Of a stretch of 64,000 bases of DNA, positions 29,267 to 37,912 are shown one piece after another. The translations under genes and the position numbers were made by a program. The notes below the pieces were generated by a model. The model was not told the DNA's origin. It made no database searches and saw only the letters and a program-made list of their open reading frames with translations. How positions within the stretch are numbered: position 1 is the first letter of the stretch; every line of letters starts with the position of its first letter. Source of the DNA: Pirellulales bacterium (lineage in GTDB: Bacteria; Planctomycetota; Planctomycetia; Pirellulales; UBA1268); contig JALCBP010000002.1 of assembly GCA_028066355.1 (NCBI GenBank), forward strand, positions 42,253-106,252. Reading direction: 5' to 3'.

Positions 29267-30229
29267 CTATTCCTTTGAGTGACAGCACGTCTTCAAAGGA
29301 CAGAACTTCTGAAGTATAGGCATCAAAAACGCATCAATACCTGCCCATGCCCCAAGTGGTGCTGACGCTAACACAAGAAGCCCGGCTATTTCGACCCATT
29401 GTTCGTATGTACTCTGCGCAGCCGGCAACCAAAATGGCTGTGATGCCACGACAGAAAGGAGAAAAAAGACACCTCCCATTGCATTAAACTTCGTCAGAAA
29501 CCCAACGACAAGGCACGCACCAATGGTAGTCAGGGACCAGCTCACAAACCTATCTGCTTTCCATAATCGTGTCGGACTGACTGCACTTTCGGCCGTTCTC
29601 CTGTCTTCAATCGACAAGGGTTCATTCCAAGTTGAGACCAATTCTCGGCCAACAGCGTCTGCTTCTGCCATCCACCCAGCTTTCTGCGAAGCAAGCTCTC
29701 GCTGCTTGGTACTGACTCGTTCTCGCATAAACGGGATGTCTCGGGCCATCGCCGATTCCTCAGTCTCTTGAAGCCGGATCACTTCCCGGCAATAGCTCAA
29801 AAGATCTTCCTGGGCATCATCAAGCATCTCTGCAAGCTTCTTGTCGGCAGACTCTATTGCTTTCAATGAAGTATTCGACCAATTTTCTGGAGGTGTCCAA
29901 CCTGACGCACTGAGGGCCCTTTCTCGTCTCACCCCCAGTTCCTTCCACTGTTCAACAAGCGATGCCCGCCAGCCTGCTGCCGCATTGGAGACTTTCGCAG
30001 GATCAGCATCCTGAATCTGTCCCACTGTGTTCTTCCAGTCCCCAGTTTCAGGGAGATCGGCTTTAAGAAAAGAAGAGAGCGGCCCCACAGCTGCCTTTCG
30101 AAAGCCGGCACTTGACCACGATGGATCTCTCAAGTGGCTGGAACCTTCGAGAAAAAAATGGAGACCAATGACTATCCTTAAAAATGTGAGAGCCGCCGTC
30201 ACCACCACTGCTGTTCGTATACAACTCAT
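29267..30229 (-). CDS. DoxX-like membrane protein with a large soluble insertion
   Basis: 320 aa. The N-terminal helix LTFLRIVIGLHFFLEGSSHL resembles the DoxX first helix. About 190 aa of hydrophilic, coiled-coil-like sequence follows, then 3 C-terminal TM helices. Confidence 0.45.
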   Translation of the reverse strand: MSCIRTAVVVTAALTFLRIVIGLHFFLEGSSHLRDPSWSSAGFRKAAVGPLSSFLKADLPETGDWKNTVGQIQDADPAKVSNAAAGWRASLVEQWKELGVRRERALSASGWTPPENWSNTSLKAIESADKKLAEMLDDAQEDLLSYCREVIRLQETEESAMARDIPFMRERVSTKQRELASQKAGWMAEADAVGRELVSTWNEPLSIEDRRTAESAVSPTRLWKADRFVSWSLTTIGACLVVGFLTKFNAMGGVFFLLSVVASQPFWLPAAQSTYEQWVEIAGLLVLASAPLGAWAGIDAFLMPILQKFCPLKTCCHSKE

Positions 30230-30552
30230 ATGCTCAATTTACGTCCAAGCTACGTCGAAAGAAATTAATTCTGGAATATCAATGTCATCAAATCAAATTC
30301 ATGACTGCAAAGGCCCGTCAAGAAAAATAGCTCAATGCGTGCTATTTTTCAGGTATCTCCTACTTTTGCAACAACTATTGCTGGATATCGAGTCTGCTTT
30401 ATCTATTATTGCGCTTCCCGGGACTACCCCGTATACCTAATAATTGAATTGTAGGTAGGACAATTTCCTATCGGCGAGACAAGACAGCAGGGGGATTCCT
30501 GCGATACTTTTAACTCTCTCTTTTCCATCTGAATTAGTCAAAGAAATTTTTC

Positions 30553-31515
30553 GTGCACATTGTTCTCTGCTACCCGGTTGAACCTCGGCACATCAAAAAG
30601 ATTCAGGCTGTCTACCCAGAAGCAACTGTCATTTCTGCCGGGCAGGAACAAATTGCTGAAGAACTTCCGAATGCTGATATTTTTTGTGGACATGCCAAGG
30701 TGCCGGTACCGTGGGAACAAACTGTTAAAGCAGGACGTCTACGTTGGATTCAGTCTTCAGCAGCTGGACTGGATCATTGCCTTGTCTCCTGCGTCATTAA
30801 TTCAGACATTGTTGTGTCAAGTGCATCAGGTGTTCTTGCTGATCAGGTCGCAGAGCACGCACTCGCTTTGGCTACGGGATGCAGTAGAAGAATCCCATTA
30901 TTCCTTCAGCAACAGCACGATAGAGAATTCGTTCGAAGGCCAACTCGTGATCTTACCGGATCAACCGTTCTCATTGTTGGCTATGGTGGCAATGGACAAC
31001 GGCTGGCAGAAGTCCTTCAGCCGCTGAAGTCCCGCATACTTGCCACAGATTACTTCCCGAATCGACCAGCTCCACTTGTAGACTATCTTGGCGCACCAGA
31101 TGAATTGCATGACCTCCTACCGCAAGCTGATTTTGTTTTTCTTGCAGCCCCCCTCACTGACCAGACACGAAAGATGTTCGATGCCCCCACTTTTTCTGTC
31201 ATGAAGCCCGGATCGATACTGATTAATGTTGCTAGAGGAGATCTTGTGGTCGAGCAGGCAGTCGTTGATGCGTTGGAATCAGGTCATCTCGACTCAGCTG
31301 GATTTGATGTCACCCCAGAGGAACCACCTGCGCCTGACAGTCCTCTGTGGACTGCACCCAGACTTATTATTACCCCACACGTGGGTGGACAATCTGAAAA
31401 AAGAATTGACCGAATGACTGATTTATTTTGCGAAAACATCATACGATATCGGAGGGGTGAGCACCTGATCAATTCTGTTGATAAAAAACTAGGATTTCCT
31501 CCGCCTGTTTCTTGA
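30553..31515 (+). CDS. D-isomer-specific 2-hydroxyacid dehydrogenase family protein
   Basis: 320 aa with a GTG start. NAD motif VGYGGNGQRLA, catalytic Arg (NVARG), Glu, and His in ITPHVGG. Confidence 0.85.
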   Translation: MHIVLCYPVEPRHIKKIQAVYPEATVISAGQEQIAEELPNADIFCGHAKVPVPWEQTVKAGRLRWIQSSAAGLDHCLVSCVINSDIVVSSASGVLADQVAEHALALATGCSRRIPLFLQQQHDREFVRRPTRDLTGSTVLIVGYGGNGQRLAEVLQPLKSRILATDYFPNRPAPLVDYLGAPDELHDLLPQADFVFLAAPLTDQTRKMFDAPTFSVMKPGSILINVARGDLVVEQAVVDALESGHLDSAGFDVTPEEPPAPDSPLWTAPRLIITPHVGGQSEKRIDRMTDLFCENIIRYRRGEHLINSVDKKLGFPPPVS

Positions 31516-31616
31516 CAATCAATCCGACATCATTGACCGTCTACCTTTTCAGGAAGACTTCGTAAGAGCATTCCTCTCCCACACAACAACACACCTCCGG
31601 CCCAAGGCCGCCTGTT

Positions 31617-32729
31617 ATGTCAACAACAATTTTCCAAGATGGCCAACCAACTTTACCCGCGGCGGGTGTAGCAGGGGGCCGTTGTCCCGACGCGCTCCTT
31701 GCTCGATACGGCGATATTCTTGATGGCGGCCGGCTCAATTGGACTCAGTACCATCATCTGGGACGACGGCTTGGTTCCGGAGGGCAGGGTGTTGTCTTCT
31801 TGACCACTCGGAAAGGAACCGATGGATTCACACTACCGGTTGCTCTGAAGGTTTTTTCTCCAGAGCGATACGATTCAGAAAAATCTTATGGCGCAGCGAT
31901 GGCGGAAATTGCGCGCGTTTCTGCGCAGGTTGCCCAGATCCAACAAGACAACCTGCTCGATGTACAAAACTTTGTAGAGCAGCGCCAGATCAGGATTATG
32001 GAGATGGAATGGATTGATGGGTATGACCTTTCGCGACTTCTGGCCCCGGATCTTCTTGAAAAAACAAGAGAACGCGTATCTGCTTCCCGTTGGGAGTACT
32101 TGAACAATGTCATCGTAACTCCCGGACCACGTCAGTCTCGTCTCAAACCTGGCGTGGCTATCGCAATTGTTCGGGAGTGCTTGGCAGCCTTGGCGGCACT
32201 TCATCGAGTAAATATTCTTCATGGCGATGTGAAAACTTCAAATATCATGGTGAAGCGAACTGGCAATGCAAAAATTATCGATATCGGTTCAGCCGTGGCT
32301 TTAGAAACTGCGCCATCTCGAAGGACATGTACCCCCGCCTATGCCGCACCAGAGGTGTTAGAGGGCCGCGAACATTCTCCACGGTCAGATCTAGCGAGCC
32401 TCGGCTATGTGCTTGTAGAAATGCTGAGCGGCCAACCTCCATTTTCAGGTCTGACGTCATTTCATGATTTACTTGAAGCAAAACGCTCTCTCGCTCACAG
32501 ACTGCCACAGATTTTACCGAGTGAGGTTAGCTGTAACGAACTGCTTATGAATTTCTGCAGTGGTCTCGTTTCAGCGGACCCAAAACAAAGATTTCCTAGC
32601 GCCGAAGATGCCGACCTGAAGCAGGAGGGTGCGGCGAGTTTTCATCGCCAACTTATCGTTGGTGGCTTAGCCAGTGAATATGAAAATGAGATTCGCGCAT
32701 GGCTTCAGGACATGACAGGCATTTTTTGA
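31617..32729 (+). CDS. Ser/Thr protein kinase, stand-alone catalytic domain, non-RD type
   Basis: 370 aa. G-loop GSGGQGVV, VALKVF lysine, catalytic loop HGDVKTSN (HGD rather than HRD), DIG rather than DFG, and TPAYAAPE. No TM or sensor domain. Confidence 0.85.
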   Translation: MSTTIFQDGQPTLPAAGVAGGRCPDALLARYGDILDGGRLNWTQYHHLGRRLGSGGQGVVFLTTRKGTDGFTLPVALKVFSPERYDSEKSYGAAMAEIARVSAQVAQIQQDNLLDVQNFVEQRQIRIMEMEWIDGYDLSRLLAPDLLEKTRERVSASRWEYLNNVIVTPGPRQSRLKPGVAIAIVRECLAALAALHRVNILHGDVKTSNIMVKRTGNAKIIDIGSAVALETAPSRRTCTPAYAAPEVLEGREHSPRSDLASLGYVLVEMLSGQPPFSGLTSFHDLLEAKRSLAHRLPQILPSEVSCNELLMNFCSGLVSADPKQRFPSAEDADLKQEGAASFHRQLIVGGLASEYENEIRAWLQDMTGIF

Positions 32730-32778
32730 TTCTTTGGCAACCCGAAAAAACTTCAATTAATTCCACTGATGAATGAAA

Positions 32779-33597
32779 TTACGGTGTGAGTTGATGATAC
32801 ATCCTGCCGATCAATTTCATTGTGAGGCGTGGTGCGAAACGCTTCAGCATCCAGAGTAATCGAGCCTGCCTGCCAAGGACCACATAATGCTGTCCTCGAA
32901 AGGTTGCAGCCAATACCTCCTGGGCCACCAACTCGGACGTCCATGTTGTTTTGGACATACGACGATTCGCCTCGCGACGCTCGATTCCCTGGGAAAAGTG
33001 CCACGAATCCAAAAGTCCCGATCGAAAAAAACCTGGACATGCAACGGTCACGCTTGGCTGCCCCCGGGACTCTGCAGCAAGGGCATCCGACAAGGCAATA
33101 ATTCCTGCCTTACTTGCAGAATAAGCGGCCATAGATGGCGGCGACAACAGCCCGGCAATTGAAGCAATATTCAATACCCATGCTGGCTGCTGCTGGCTTC
33201 GCATGCGCGGCAGAAATGTCTCGCAAGCAATGGCTGTCCCAAGAAGATTTGTTTCAAGAACTCGCCGCCACTGCTCAATTGGCAATTGTCCAACTTCACC
33301 TGTTGCACCAACACCAGCAGCGTTCACAAGAAGATCTATCGCAGGCCATTCTTTCTGGAGCTGCTCAGATAGTTGATGCCAGGAGTCCACATCACGAACA
33401 TCAAAAGAACTCGGCCGATATTTCCCACCACCGGAAAGAACTTCGTATTCAAGATCGGACCAGGCCTGATCAGTTGCGTCTTTCGAATCGACAGCTGCAA
33501 TATCCCAACCACGACTTGCCAATATCCGAGTGATTGCGTTACCAAGACCCCCGACAGCACCAGTCACGATTGCTCGGCCAGCGGCTGGAGTTGACAT
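32779..33597 (-). CDS. Short-chain dehydrogenase/reductase (SDR)
   Basis: 272 aa. TGAVGGLGNAI cofactor motif, NAAG, and YSASK catalytic motif. Confidence 0.88.
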   Translation of the reverse strand: MSTPAAGRAIVTGAVGGLGNAITRILASRGWDIAAVDSKDATDQAWSDLEYEVLSGGGKYRPSSFDVRDVDSWHQLSEQLQKEWPAIDLLVNAAGVGATGEVGQLPIEQWRRVLETNLLGTAIACETFLPRMRSQQQPAWVLNIASIAGLLSPPSMAAYSASKAGIIALSDALAAESRGQPSVTVACPGFFRSGLLDSWHFSQGIERREANRRMSKTTWTSELVAQEVLAATFRGQHYVVLGRQARLLWMLKRFAPRLTMKLIGRMYHQLTP

Positions 33598-33671
33598 CTT
33601 TGTAGACCGTACCGGTGGTAGACCGAACTTTAGAAATGCCCGAAAATCGTCTACGACGTATGTTCGACAAG

Positions 33672-33745
33672 CGAGGGTGACGAGACTCGAACTCGCGGCC
33701 TCCAGCGTGACAGGCTGGCGCTCTAACCAACTGAGCTACACCCCC
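33672..33745 (-). tRNA. tRNA-Asp (anticodon GTC)
   Basis: Folded manually as GGGGGTG-TA-GCTC-AGTTGGTTA-GAGC-G-CCAGC-CTGTCAC-GCTGG-AGGCC-GCGAG-TTCGAGT-CTCGT-CACCCTC-G (74 nt). Cloverleaf has one G-U pair in the acceptor stem. CCA is not encoded. Confidence 0.93.
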
Positions 33746-34138
33746 CTTTAACGTTTTGGAAATCTAAGCAACTACCAAACGTTCGGGCGAGAATATCTCG
33801 CAAGTACCACAGAATATAGCAGAAACATGAAGCCAGAAAGGGGCCTCATCCTTTTTCCGGAAAAAACCTGTCTAGATTAAGTCAAGAAAACCGGATGAAC
33901 CGAACGATTCGATTGGCCACTCGCAAGGAAACTTCAATGGAACTCGTGAGAACCAGCCACGCCATCATTCCCTTGCCTTTGGGCATTCAGAAAAACGTTC
34001 ACACCAAGCCTACAAAAAAGTAATCTCATTCCATGGAGTCCTCGGGAACGGTAAACTGAATACCAGGTGACAACACTCCTGCACGACTGTCGATCACCTG
34101 CACAACTGTCTCTTGCTTGGTGAAAGGAAGTTCCGTCC

Positions 34139-34480
34139 ATGCCACTGTTCGAGATCGAAACTGAAGCACACATCATTATCTCTTGGGCTGAAGATGAACA
34201 TGCTGCATCTTCAGTTGTCGCTGAAGCCTATCCGCAAGAAAAAGTTCTCCGTCTCACTCGTCGACCGCGTGACACATGGGTCATATCAAAATCCGCTCTG
34301 GGCATCATGTCTGAAAAACAGAACGACCAGCCACTTATGCCGAGCAGCACAGCCCGAGACTGCCTTGCCCGTGCTTCTGGTGACAAACTTCACGCGATCC
34401 GTCTTTACATGAACGAAACCGGAGACGATCTCGAACGAGCCAGAAAAGTTATCGAGTCAAACATGGTCATGGGCTGGTGA
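34139..34480 (+). CDS. Small protein with ribosomal L7/L12 C-terminal-like motif
   Basis: 113 aa. GGAAG lies 9 nt upstream of the ATG. C-terminal DKLHAIRLYMNETGDDLERARKVIES matches the K(I/L)xAIKxxRExTGxxLxEAKxxVE pattern of L7/L12 CTD-like domains. Confidence 0.55.
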   Translation: MPLFEIETEAHIIISWAEDEHAASSVVAEAYPQEKVLRLTRRPRDTWVISKSALGIMSEKQNDQPLMPSSTARDCLARASGDKLHAIRLYMNETGDDLERARKVIESNMVMGW

Positions 34481-34535
34481 CTGCGAGCACTGGTGGCTAC
34501 CAGCACGGAGAAGCTTTCACATTCGGTAATTACAA

Positions 34536-35708
34536 CTATTCTGACATCCGCGGACTGCCTAGCTGAGCTTCAAAAGAGGCTGGCGCAATATCCTGACCAG
34601 AGTCGGATTGCCCACCAACTGTCTCGAGCTGCTGTTCTCGATCTGTCGAATGAACGATGATCGGACTGGCCGGTTGATAACTTGAAGTACCGCCCGGCCT
34701 GTACCCTGGATCAGGGCGACGAGAGGTTGGAGGCACAGGAGGAACTTGCATCGGGTCTTCAAGCAACGGATGGCTTTGCGGGGCCGTTAGTGATGACTCC
34801 TGTGATGAAGTCGTTGCCGATGCGCTTTGCTGGGTATCCAACTGTGTTTTGCGAAATGATGCTTCTGGTGAGCCCGGGGAAGAAGGCATCTGCGAAAACC
34901 GACTCGTTGCAGAAGTCGTACTGGGCTCCGCCTGCGAAAACGCAGGAGCCACTGGAGAAGCGACTGCCGGTGGGCTACTAAATCGACTTCCTGCCATCGT
35001 AGACGACGGCTGGAGCCCTGCTACTCGCTGATCCTCCAAACCAGAAAAACGTCCACTCGCCACCGGTGGCGGAGGTGTGGCAGACAAAGACGAGTTTGTA
35101 CTAAACCGGCTCGTCGTTCCAAATGCAGCCGGGGCACTGGCGCCTAACGCACTGGGGCCTGTCGCACTGGCTACAGGCGCACTGGCTACAGACGCACTGG
35201 CCAACGTGTCAGGTGTATCAGAATTAGCTGTCGGTACTGTTTGATAGGGACCTACTTGTGCCTGCGGTGATACAGTTGCGACCGCACTTGGGGATGGTGT
35301 CGTCGGCTGATTAGTAGGAGGTGTTGAACCGTATGTGACAGGAGACTGTGGCGGTGGAGTTGTTGCAGCAACCATACCTCGGGCAGACTGATCGCCTGCG
35401 CCATCAGGGAGAGACTGGTCAGTGGCCTGCAACACATAGCTATCAGGTGTCGACGTTGTTGGATAAGGCTGCGCGTTGGCTGATGGTTTAGTTGTATCTC
35501 CCTCAAAAGCCGGAGCCTCAGCAAGCGTTGCAGGATCAGGCCCCCCCATACCAAAGGATCCCCACGAGGTGCCCATTGATGTCCCACTCTTGCAACCAGT
35601 GCCACATGCGATCAATACGATCAGGCAGGACAAGTGAACTGTGCCTACAACGACACTCCAACGGCACGGTTTGCTCCGGGTAATCAGATACATGAACGTC
35701 TCTCCCAA
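34536..35708 (-). CDS. Pro/Ser/Thr/Ala-rich low-complexity lipoprotein
   Basis: 390 aa. Signal plus lipobox-like LIACGTGC. The rest is compositionally biased (PTS-rich) with short periodic repeats. Confidence 0.6.
   Translation of the reverse strand: MGETFMYLITRSKPCRWSVVVGTVHLSCLIVLIACGTGCKSGTSMGTSWGSFGMGGPDPATLAEAPAFEGDTTKPSANAQPYPTTSTPDSYVLQATDQSLPDGAGDQSARGMVAATTPPPQSPVTYGSTPPTNQPTTPSPSAVATVSPQAQVGPYQTVPTANSDTPDTLASASVASAPVASATGPSALGASAPAAFGTTSRFSTNSSLSATPPPPVASGRFSGLEDQRVAGLQPSSTMAGSRFSSPPAVASPVAPAFSQAEPSTTSATSRFSQMPSSPGSPEASFRKTQLDTQQSASATTSSQESSLTAPQSHPLLEDPMQVPPVPPTSRRPDPGYRPGGTSSYQPASPIIVHSTDREQQLETVGGQSDSGQDIAPASFEAQLGSPRMSE
35134..35208. repeat. Five degenerate 15-bp tandem units (GCACTGG-N8) inside the PT-rich gene
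   Basis: GCACTGG recurs at 35134, 35149, 35164, 35179 and 35194, an exact 15-bp period. It encodes a 5-aa periodic (x-x-A-S-A)-like segment. Confidence 0.85.
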
Positions 35709-35798
35709 ACAACATGGCTAGAAAATCGGATTAGGCAGGGAATACGTTTTCTATCGGCATGCTGTCAACGTCATCCTTATGTCTGTTTCACACTGTGT

Positions 35799-35841
35799 AA
35801 AAAAAATCTGCTGTATCACGTTGAGATCGTGATACAGCAGA
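35799..35841 (-). terminator. Rho-independent terminator downstream of the superoxide dismutase gene
   Basis: 14-bp perfect stem (TCTGCTGTATCACG / CGTGATACAGCAGA) with a 7-nt loop, followed on the minus strand by T8. Confidence 0.85.
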
Positions 35842-35881
35842 CAAATGGCTTCACACTAGGAAGGCGCGGGAGAATGGGCCG

Positions 35882-36490
35882 TTACTTAGACGACAGAAAA
35901 CGTTTCCCAACGACATCCCAATCAACGACGTCAAAAAATGCCTTCACGTAGTCTGCTCTGCGATTCTGGTAGAGGAGATAGTAGGCATGTTCCCAGACAT
36001 CGACTCCCACGAGTGGGGTGTTGCCATGCATAACTGGACTGTCCTGATTTGCCGTGCTTTCTACGAGAATCTTTCCTTGTGCATCAACAGACAGCCACGC
36101 CCAACCACTGCCAAATCGCGTCATTGCTGCCTTTGTGAACGCCTCTTGGAAATTTGAGAAACTACCAAATACAGAAGATACCGCCTCGCCGAGTTCGCCA
36201 GACGGTTCACCACCCTTGCCACCCCCCAGCGACTCCCAAAAAAGTGAGTGATTCGCGTGCCCGCCGCCATTATTTCGAACAGCACTACGAATAGCCTCCG
36301 GCACCTGCTCCAAATCACTAATAAGTTTCTCAATTGGCAACTCTGCTAATGGACTACCCTCGAGGGCTTTATTCACGTTTGCCACATACGCAGCATGATG
36401 TTTGTCGTGGTGGATTTCCATTGTGCGAGCATCGATGTGAGGCTCAAGTGCGTCGAAGGAGTAGGGCAGTGGGGGAAGCGTGTAAGCCAT
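35882..36490 (-). CDS. Fe/Mn superoxide dismutase
   Basis: [32 protein letters not shown] start at 36490 (the ORF is open to 36538). C-terminal DVWEHAYY motif. Confidence 0.93.
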   Translation of the reverse strand: MAYTLPPLPYSFDALEPHIDARTMEIHHDKHHAAYVANVNKALEGSPLAELPIEKLISDLEQVPEAIRSAVRNNGGGHANHSLFWESLGGGKGGEPSGELGEAVSSVFGSFSNFQEAFTKAAMTRFGSGWAWLSVDAQGKILVESTANQDSPVMHGNTPLVGVDVWEHAYYLLYQNRRADYVKAFFDVVDWDVVGKRFLSSK

Positions 36491-36761
36491 GAATGTACGT
36501 CTCCGCGAAAAGCAAGTGCGTGTGTAAAAATTAGTCAAAATGTGACCAAGTAACTAGGAAGATCGTACCTGAGTTGTTCAGAAGGGGCAAACGCTCCTAG
36601 GAAGCGTCACCTGTTTGAAACTCTGACGATCAGGAGAGGAAATACGATCCCGCAGAAGCCCGCGTTAAAACCAGGAAAGCTCATCAAAAAAACCCCAAAA
36701 ACCGAGAGAGTCAAAGAGAGTTTGTGATTGAACACAGTTACTTATCGCGAGGAGAACGTCC

Positions 36762-37859
36762 GTGACCCGACTATTCGGTCGTAGCCAACCACAGCGGCCG
36801 ATCCCACCAATCTCAGCCAGTACCAGCAGGACAGAGCCGCACGAGGGGAGTGGAAATACCAGTTCCACCATCCCGGAGACTTTACCAGCCCGATACAGGC
36901 ACTTGGCTTCATTTGTACCGACCCGAGCAGTCTCTTTAACCCTTGTCGCGGTAATCCAACTCTGCGCACTCTCGTTTGCACTTGCTCCTTGCTTGGGCCG
37001 TGAATTTGCAGGCTACGAATTCGTACCGAATGGCGGCACATACAGCCTAAGCGTTGACATCCTGCGGGGCGGGTTTGGTCTTCAAGGACAGGCCAACCTG
37101 GCAGGCTGGATCACACAGACATTTCTTTTGCTTGCGACTGGCACAGCTTTGATTCTTCGAGCCCTTCAACGCAATCGATGCGACACGTCGAAGCCAAGTT
37201 TCCGGCTATGGGGAATTTTGGCGATCGTCTGGATGAGTGCATCATTAGCAACAACCCTACCCATTGGCCCAGCGGTTGCGGCAGCGTTGCTTCAGATAAC
37301 AAATACACCTTTTGGACCACAGGGCCTTGGATGGTGGGTTACCTTTGGCTCTTTTTGTATCTGCATTTCAGTCCTTGGAACGTTTTTCAGGCTTCATGAA
37401 CGGCTCGCCTCCTTGATGGCACTGACACCAGGACTTCTTTTATGGTGTGCTTCAACCTCCTGTGTCTGGTTTTCCGCAAACGACCCTCGCCTTCTTCTTC
37501 TCGCAAATGCAACATGGCTTGCAGGCAGTGGCTTTATTTTGTTTACCATGATGCTGGCCGTTCGCAGTAGCCTCCGAGAGATAGATGGCCTCTGCAAGCA
37601 GAAGAAGACACGAACACCGAAAAGCAAACGCCGGCTCGTCAACTCCGCTGCGGTATCTTCTTCAACGGATGACTCGCAACCAACGCCAACGACCGCCATT
37701 GATTTTGAAGAGATTCCGAGTCAGGCTTCCGCACATCAGCAGCCAGTGCATAACGATAATGAAATTGACCAAGGCAATGAAACCGCTAAGCAACGTCGGC
37801 TATCAAAGGCTGAACGTCGTCGACTTCGCAAACTCGCGAGGAACGGACGGGCTGCCTAG
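36762..37859 (+). CDS. Hypothetical polytopic membrane protein with highly basic C-terminal tail
   Basis: 365 aa. GTG start with GAGGAG 8 nt upstream. About 7 hydrophobic segments. The tail ends KQRRLSKAERRRLRKLARNGRAA. Confidence 0.55.
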   Translation: MTRLFGRSQPQRPIPPISASTSRTEPHEGSGNTSSTIPETLPARYRHLASFVPTRAVSLTLVAVIQLCALSFALAPCLGREFAGYEFVPNGGTYSLSVDILRGGFGLQGQANLAGWITQTFLLLATGTALILRALQRNRCDTSKPSFRLWGILAIVWMSASLATTLPIGPAVAAALLQITNTPFGPQGLGWWVTFGSFCICISVLGTFFRLHERLASLMALTPGLLLWCASTSCVWFSANDPRLLLLANATWLAGSGFILFTMMLAVRSSLREIDGLCKQKKTRTPKSKRRLVNSAAVSSSTDDSQPTPTTAIDFEEIPSQASAHQQPVHNDNEIDQGNETAKQRRLSKAERRRLRKLARNGRAA

Positions 37860-37912
37860 CGGCCCTTTGACGAAATGCTCTCGTTCCCCGATAGTGTCTG
37901 CGGAGGTAACCC

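Noticed and set aside
33530-33751. ORF-track entries of 73 aa (plus) and 63 aa (minus) in this interval.
   Set aside because: They overlap the tRNA-Asp gene and the end of the SDR gene. The tRNA cloverleaf explains the sequence.
33598-34138. A possible genomic island or integration site at tRNA-Asp.
   Set aside because: There is no integrase, no direct repeat of the tRNA 3' end, and no mobile-element genes on either side. The flanking genes look like ordinary chromosomal genes.
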